A stretch of 64,000 bases of DNA from an uncultured Methanosarcinales archaeon. Lineage in GTDB: Archaea > Nanobdellota > Nanobdellia > Woesearchaeales > CAYSVS01. Under the pieces are notes generated by a model. The model did not search any database and was not told the origin of the DNA. It worked only from the letters and a program-made list of their open reading frames with translations. Below, one piece after another: positions 1 to 9,000 of the stretch (positions within the stretch are counted from its first letter, which is position 1; the number at the start of each line of letters is the position of its first letter). The DNA lies in contig CAZPRK010000001.1 in assembly GCA_964589485.1 (NCBI GenBank), positions 48,369 to 112,368 of the forward strand, in the 5' to 3' direction. The position numbers and the translations under genes were made by a program.

Positions 1-3000
1 TATCTAAGTCAGTAAATATTTTACTATAGAATGAATCACTAAAAGATAAACTATCTCCATCTATTCTTAATTTACTAATTTTATATCCTGGATCAGGTTG
101 AATAATTAAATCATAACTTAATCCTTCAACACCTTCATAGTAATTCCCAACTAAATTAGTATCTCCTATGATAAAAACTTTCCCACCTGTTCCGCTATTA
201 ACTTCAAATCCAGGTTTAGTACGTTTAAAAGTTGCAGAAATTTTCTTATTAGATTTAATATTATTAAAAGTATGTTTATAATTATTACCAATAGCAGTTG
301 GAAGTTTAACATCATCAGCTTTAACTTCACTTATTTCATAACCAACATTTGATTTTACATCAACAGATAAACTTGATTTTTCTTTTACTGAAGTTGAAGC
401 AGGAGTAATTGTTCCTCCTTTCCCTGCTGAAATTTCAACTGAAAAAGTTTCTAAATTTTCATGAACACATAAAGTTTTAGCTTTTTTATTAGTTCTTGAA
501 CCAATAAAAAGTTTTTTATCAGTTGTCAAATTATATTTAGATGAAAACTCTTTTTTAGAATAAGTAGAAAAATATTCATCTTTTAACCAAACTTCATCTA
601 AATCAGATATTTTGAACAACTCATTATTAGTATATTCTATGGTTTTTATTTTTTTAGCTTCATCCAAAGTAGGTAATCTCCAATCAGTTAATTCTCCAAT
701 ATTTAAATCATTACAATACGTTTCAAAATTTCTTACACACATATCAGTTCTTCCATTCACGTTTTTAAAATCACTACATTCTTTTTCTTTGTCTTGAGTT
801 GACCATTTTAAATTATTTTCAAAATCATTTAAAACATTCTGAGTATTTCCCATAGTATAACTATTTTGATTATTTCCTAAACTTAAATCATTTCCATCTC
901 TTACACAAACACTTATTGCATTTCCACCTGATTTTTTACTACTTGATATATCAACATTTACAGGGTAACGTTTATTATTTCTAAAATTTTTTTGTAACCC
1001 CTTAGTCCAAATTCTATCTTGTCCATTAATTCCAAATAAAGAATTATCTTTTACATATAAATCAAATATTTCTCTTACTTCCCCATCATTAGGGTTACGC
1101 CAATCAGTAAATCCACCTAAAGTTGAATCTCCGCAATAGTTTCGTTTAGTACAACCATAAAAATTTGAAGTAGAAGTTCCACATTTATTTTCTTCTCTTT
1201 TTGTAGTAAACATATTATTAGTATGTTCATTTACAACAATACTACCTTTATTATTTAATTTTACTTTTTGTAAATATAATTCAGTTGGAGTTATTGCTCC
1301 CTCTCTTACACATACTGTTTGTCCATATTCTCTAGAGAATCTATCATTAGTTACCCAATAATTTAAATTCCTCTTTAAATCAAATTTATAAGGATATTTG
1401 TAAGTTTTCCCACTCGTTGTTTTACTTTTAACTCCAGATGTCCAAACGTAGTCTCTATTTCTACGACTAAACTTTATATCTAATAAAGAATTATCTGTAT
1501 TTTCTATACCAATCAAAGTTTTAGCTTGATCTATCGTAGGAATTTTCCAATCTGTAAATCCGCCTAATTTCAAATAATAACAATAATTTACAAACCTTCT
1601 ATAACATCCAAATCCACCATATTTATATTTAAAATCGCATGTTTTTTCTTCTTTTGCTACAGTCCAAGTTAAATCATGTTTCTTATCTACTAAAACTCCA
1701 TCTTCTTTAGTCAATTTACTTAACCTTTCTCTCCTTGCTTTCTCTTCAGGAGTTAATCCACAATGTACAACTGCACCTAAGTTAGGGTATTGTGTAAGGG
1801 CATTACTTTTTGTCAATAAATCAGTAGTTCCTAATCTAAAAGGTGGATTATGAGAACTAGAATAACCATCAAAAGCAGTATATGCTTTAAAAACATCATT
1901 TCTACAAACATTTTGATTTAATTCATCAACATTCATTAAACTTCTTAATGGTACAAATTGCCATCCATCATTTAAATTTTTAATTTCCAATTTCCCACTA
2001 TCAACCACATATGCACAATTATTTGAAGTTTTAACAACAAATCCTTGCCCAGATTTTAACGAATTAAGAGTTTTCTTTTCATTATTTTCATATGTATAAA
2101 TAGAAATTGTACCACAATTTACAAATTTATTACTTACTTCAAAATTTTCACTTGTAGTTAATAAATGATACTTATCTTGTTTCAAATGTATTACATCCTG
2201 ATTTGATTTACATTTATAGTTTTGAGATTCATGTTTAACTATACTACCAACACTATCACAAGGTTTACCTGTTAACTCTTCACCCAATTTACAAAAAATA
2301 TTCAAACCATTACATGTATTTTGAGTACTAGCAGTAGTTACATCCCAAACATTTCTCCCAATATTTTCTCCAGGAACATAATCACTAACAACATTTACAT
2401 TATAAGATGCTGAAGCTTCTGCATCATCATCATCAGTAACAGTTAAAGTAACTTTATACGTCTTAGGTATTAAGTATTTATGTCTAAAGAAAGGTTCGCT
2501 ACGAATTCGATTATCTCCAAAATCCCATTTATATGATTTTATTTTCCCATCAACGTCATATGAAGAACTACCGTCATTAAATACATAAGTTCCTAATTTA
2601 ACAGTTATATCTCCTCCAACAATAGGAACAGGTTTTTTATTCAAAGGAGGTAAAATTCTTACTTTACTAGTCTTTATAGTTTTAGCTCTTTTATCATCTG
2701 TTACTTTTAAGGATACTTCAACTTCCTCAGGTAAGTTAAATGAATAATCTTCAACTTTAAACTGGTCTTCACCAGAATATTTAATTGATTGAACATCCCA
2801 ATCATAATTTTTAATAATACCATCTGGATCATTTGAATTACTTCCATCAATGTCAGTAAATTCTTCTGCATGAATTTCGTCTTCAAAAGTTATTTCTGCA
2901 ACTGGAGGTCTATTTATTATATTTAAAGTAGGCAAACGTTTAGTTTCACTTAATAATCCATCTTCATCTCTTACAGTAAGTTTAGGATAATAGTAATTAG

Positions 3001-6000
3001 CAGTAGGATATGAACGTTTAATTTTTGGATTTTCAGTTTCAACCAAAGGTCCATTACCAAAATTCCAAATATATGTTAAACTATCTCCATTTGGATCAAA
3101 AGATTCAGTAGCGTCAAATTCTATTTCTTCATTTGTTAAAGTGCTTACAGGTTTAACAATAACTTTTGCCTCAGGTGGTTCATTAAATATTTTTACATCA
3201 AATGGTTCATTAGATGTATCATATTTATCACGTACAGATAAAATAGCATGATAATCTTCATTTTTATATTCTGAATAAGAATGTTTAGCTACAGGGTCGC
3301 TTGAGAAATCTTTAATAGTATCATCTCCAAAATCCCATCTATATTCTAAGTCACTTTTATCTCCATCAGGGTCATAAGAACCAGAAGCATCAAAAGTAAT
3401 GTCAACATTTTTCTTATTAGTATTTACAAACTCTTTAAGTACTGCTACAGGTTTAATATTTTTCAAATCCAAAGATTTAGAATAAAAAGAAGTTGTATAC
3501 CTGTCATCTAATGTCAATTTAATTATATAATCTCCTTCAACACTAAAAGTCTTTTTCATAATATTAGTTGTAGAAGATTGTTTTACATCATTTATTTTCC
3601 ATTCATAAGTAATACTATCTCCATCAGAATCATAAGAACTAGAAGCATCAAAAATAATTTCATTATTTAATTTTTGTTCGCCATTAATTTCAAAATTAAC
3701 TGTAGGTTCTCTATTATTTATTCTTACAGTTTCAGTAAACGGTATTTCTGCATAATCATCAGCCACTGTTAAAGTTACTAAATAATCTTTGTTAAATTCA
3801 GGGAAAATATATGTATATTGTGAATCTTCAGAATAAGAAGTTTCTACATTACTTCCTATTTTCCATTTATAGTTTAAAGTATCTCCATCGCCATCAGAAG
3901 AACTAGAGGCATCAAAAGTAAGTTTATTCTTTTGATTAATATCAGGTGAATAAGTAAATTTAGGTATTGGGTTTTCATTTGTAAAAGATAAAGTTTGAGT
4001 TGTAGTTGAAGTAACATAACCATCATATACTGTTAATTTAACAGGATAACTACCAAATTCAGTAAAAGTATATTTATATTCTGAATTCTCAGAATAAGAA
4101 GTTTCTGCATTATTTCCAATTTTCCATTTATATTTTAAAGTATCCCCATCACTATCAGAAGAACTAGAAGCATCAAAAGTAATTTCCTGATTAAGTTTTT
4201 TATTACTTCTATCATGATTAAAGGAAGCAACAGGTTCTGTATTAGCTACATTTATTGTAAATGTTTTTGTTACTTCATCCCAATCATCTGAAACAGTTAA
4301 AACAACATTTTTTGATCCAGTGGTACTGAAACTATAACTTTTAATTGAATTACCTGGTTCATTATTCCAAGAGTAATATAAAGTATGACCATCAGAATCT
4401 GAAGACCTAGAAGCATCAAAAGTAATTTCTTCATCAGGCCTAACTGTAGTTGGAATATTATTAGTTTCTATAATTGGTGCAGTATTAGTAACAGTAACAA
4501 CAAAATTATCAGTATGCTCTCCACCTCTATCATCGGTTACAGTTAATGAAGCAGAATATTCACCTAAATCCAAATATGTATATGATACTTTTTTACCTTG
4601 CATATTTGGTTTATCTCCTTCTAACTCAGTATCGAACACCCACTTATATGTTTTAATTTCTCCATCTGAATCAGTTGAACTTCCGCCATCAAATTCAAAT
4701 GGTTTTCCAACAATTATATTTTTATCTCCGCCAGTATTTGCAACAGGCATAACATTAGGACGTAAAATTACTTGAACATTAAGTGTTTTAGAATTACTTC
4801 CTTCTCTATCATCAGTAACAGTTAATGTTACTGGGTACGTTCCAACTTCATTAAAAGTAAATGTAGGTTTTGATGTAGTTAAAATAACATCCCCAGGGAA
4901 ATTCCAATTATAAGCAACTATATTTCCATCATCATTATCGTAAGAACTTGTTCCATCAAATTCTATTGGGTTATTAATAAAAACTACTTTATCTCCAGTA
5001 ACTACAATTCCTTCACTAATAATATCACTTTGACTTACTAAGTCGCTTGATTTAATTGAAAATACAGCAGTAGGTAAAACATTAGGTTTTCTATCAACAG
5101 TAACTTTAATTATATCTGTCGAAGATAATCCTTCTTTATCAGTTACAGTTAATTCAATTTCTTTAACTCCCAATGTATTAAAAATATACTCAGGGTTAAC
5201 TCCTTCCATAATTTGTTCACCATTAAGTTTCCAAGTATAACTTAACTCATCATCTTCATCTGGATCTGTTGATGCTCCACCATTAAATTCAGCTTTATTT
5301 CCTAGATATACATTAAAATCTAAACCTGCTATTGCAGTTGGTGCCCTATTAGGATGGTTTACTATAACTTCATCTCCAAAACTAGACACTGCTCCTTTAC
5401 TATCAATTACATTCAAAAATACAGAATATATTCCAGCGTTATCATAAGCATGCACATTATTAACATCATTAGACTCAACATTATCTCCAAAGTTCCATGC
5501 ATGGATTAATTGATCACCATCAGTGTCTGTTGAAGTTGATGTAAATGTAACATCTTGTCCAATTAAAACTTCTCTTGGTTCAATTGTAAATTCTGATTTA
5601 GGAAATGCATTTATGCCTAACGATCTTTTTGATGGAACAAATTGTAAAGTACGTGTTCCCGTACCAACATCTGCAATTTCATCAAAAATTTCTTTAACAT
5701 CTGCATCATAATCTACTAACAATTTAATATGTTCCCATGCACCAGTGCTTGAATCTCTTGAATTATCTCCTTGATATTGATTATCCTCTGTTTTACACAA
5801 TACAGAATAAGATAACTCAGGAGAAATAGTTGGACAATATAATAAACATCTTGCATTATATTCATTTACATAACCCAAACAATCTTGTTTTTCATTTAAC
5901 CCAGGTTGAACAGAATGAAAAATAATTCTTTGATTTCCAATAACATCTTTTTCTAAAATAGGAGAAATTGTTAATTTAGTTAACTTATTCCTATCTTCAT

Positions 6001-9000
6001 CTTCAAAAACTAAAGTAGATTCAATTCTATATTGATCAGTATGTCCAATAATTTCAATAAACCCTATAAAGTTAGGATTTGAACCAGAAAGAAATATTTC
6101 ATTATTCCCGGCAAGTGAATCCCTCTCGCTTGCAATATTTGCTTCAACTGCTTCGTCTTCTAATTCATTACATAAATCCTCATTGCCTGAAGTAATGGCA
6201 TCAAATAAAACACAATCATTAGAACTAATTAATTTATTATCAGCTGAATCTATATGCTCTTGTGTACAAAATGAATCATCATTAATATATCCTGTACATT
6301 TATCTTTATAATCATCTAAAGTTAAATCTTTACATTGATCAACTTTATTATTTCTAATTGCTCTTAACAATAAACATTGATTTTGTTCTCCTTCTCCATC
6401 TAATGCCAAACAATCTTCTTTTTCTCCTAAATACATAGAAACGCATTCTTTAAATGGTTGATCTAATTCTTTTGGACAATATGCCTGAACATTAGCTTGT
6501 AACAATTCAGTAAAATCAATATTAGTATTTAGATTTTTACCAACGCCATTAAAAAGCTTAGCATAAGTAGAATCATATTCAAAATCAGTAAAATCATGTT
6601 GACATGTAACTTCTTTATTTGCAGTAACTTGAACATTTGTTGATAAAGTAGATAATTTAAATTCTCCAGGACTCACACTATATTCTAAAGACTCACCAAG
6701 ATTACATATTCCATCATTATCATCATCTTGTCCATCATTTGAAACATCTTTTTTACCTGCTACGCTACAATCGTCACAAGTATCTAAGTCAAAATCTCCG
6801 CAAACAAATTTATTTAATGGATCTATATCGTTTTCATCATCCACACCATCATTATCATCGTCATTATCAGGATAAATAGGATTAAAATAATCTAGAGGTT
6901 CATCACATAATCCATCTCCATCAGTATCCGGATGATATTCATGTTCAGAAGAAACTTTTCCATCTGTTATTGAAAATCCAATTCCTTTTCCACAATCATC
7001 ACAACCATCGTTATCAAAATCACCACAAATTGTATAATCATCGTCATTTTCATCAAAATAAGTATCATATTCACAATCAGTAATATTAGTTCCTCGCTTT
7101 CCTAATCCATCTCCATCTACATTTACACAACTTTTTCCGCTAGAATCACAGTTTCCATCTCCATCAAAATCAACTCCATCTTGATCAGGATCAAATCTTC
7201 CTAAAAAAGAACAATCATCACAACTATCTTCATCAGAATCTCCACAGAAATAAATATCTTTACTATAATCTACACCATCTTTATTTTTATCATTAATATC
7301 TAATACACCATCATTATCATCATCTTTATCAGTATTAGTAGCTGAAGGATAATCTTCAGGATCATCACATAACCCATCCCTATCAGTATCAGGCCAAGCT
7401 TCACTTCCACCATCTAATTCATTTGCCACTAAATTATTTTTATTTACAACTCTTATTACTCCAGCTCCACAATCATCACAACCATCATTATCTATATCAC
7501 TACACACTAAAGGATTTGTATCATCTTTATCTAAATCTTCATCTACTCCATCATTATCTCCATCATCATCACATACGTCACCTTTTAAAGTTACTCCAGG
7601 AACTCCATCTTCAGGTTCAAAGTCTTCATCAGAATTAGTTTGATCAAAATTCTTAGTACGCGGACAATTATCTGGACCTGCATTACATTTACATCCACCA
7701 TCTTTAATTAATATTTCTTGTTTACTTAAATCAGGACATTCTTTCAAATATCCATCATTTTCACCATCACAAATCCCATCTCTATCAGAGTCAGGCGTAC
7801 AAACATTTTCATCATTATTATCTCCAAAAATACATATTCTAGATGTAGTTTTTTTATGTTCCCCTAAATCTGTGATAGTTAATAAAGTTACATCTACATA
7901 TCCATCTTGATCACCATACACATTACTTGCAGTTAAAGAAAACTTTCTTCCTTTTTGTTCTCCCTTAACTTTTTCCTTTGTATCAAAATCCCAATAATAA
8001 CTTTGAATATTAGGATCTTCTTCAGCTTCAAAATAAATTTCAGCATCTTTAGCAAAAGAAACGCCATCAATTGGTGAAGTTATTACAGCTTTGGGTTCTT
8101 CTCCTGATTCCTCTATAGAATTTAATCTTAATTTAGCAGTCATATCTAACCAATTTTCAAAAGCATCCATATCATAACTAAAAACATTATAATTTAATTT
8201 TAAATTTTTTTCTTGCGGCAAACATAAAAAATCTACATTATCATTTTGTAAATCATATTTTAATACAGCATCACAAACATCAGCATTAAATCCAGAATAT
8301 TCAACTGTTAAAAATTCACCAATTTCATTTTCATTTTTTTGCACACTTTGTTCTAAAGCTGCAAAAACTTTATTTTTATCATTCCCAGCGGAATAAAATC
8401 TTACAAAATTTTTAATTTCGTTAACAAAACTAATATCTTCTTCACCAAAATTTATAGGTCTTACAAATAATCTAATAAAATTTACAGCAGCATCTGCTGG
8501 GCTTTTAAAAAAAGAAGTAAATAAAGTAGCTAAATTAGTTGATTGTAATTTAATTTCAGAATGTTGTGAAAAAATTAATGTTTTTAATTCTGCATCATAC
8601 CACACTTTTTTATTATTATTACATATTTTAAACCCATTATTTTTAACATTTGAACATAATTCTTCATCTAAATTTAGTTTAGTCAATATTTGACCATCTG
8701 TATCAATATCATCGTTTAAAGAAACCCCTGCAGCAACATCAAAAATTCCATTATCATTTTTATCATATTTTAAAACACAAACATTATTCATTGGTTTATC
8801 TACAGAATTATAATAATCTTCTAAACCAGGAACATCTTCTAAACTATTTACAACTTTATTTAATTCATCACAATGAATGGAGTATTTTGTTCCTGCTAAA
8901 TCAAGTAACTGGTTTGCTACAACTTTAGTTCTAGTAGTCCATTTTCCTTTTTCACAAAAATGATCTCCATCTAAATTATTTATTGATCCACTATTTTTAT

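Noticed and set aside
7423-7638. His-rich ORF (HNHHNHHYLYH...) on the plus strand
   Set aside because: It is the antisense reading of the Asp-codon-rich TSP3-like repeats of the giant minus-strand gene. Low complexity, no start context.
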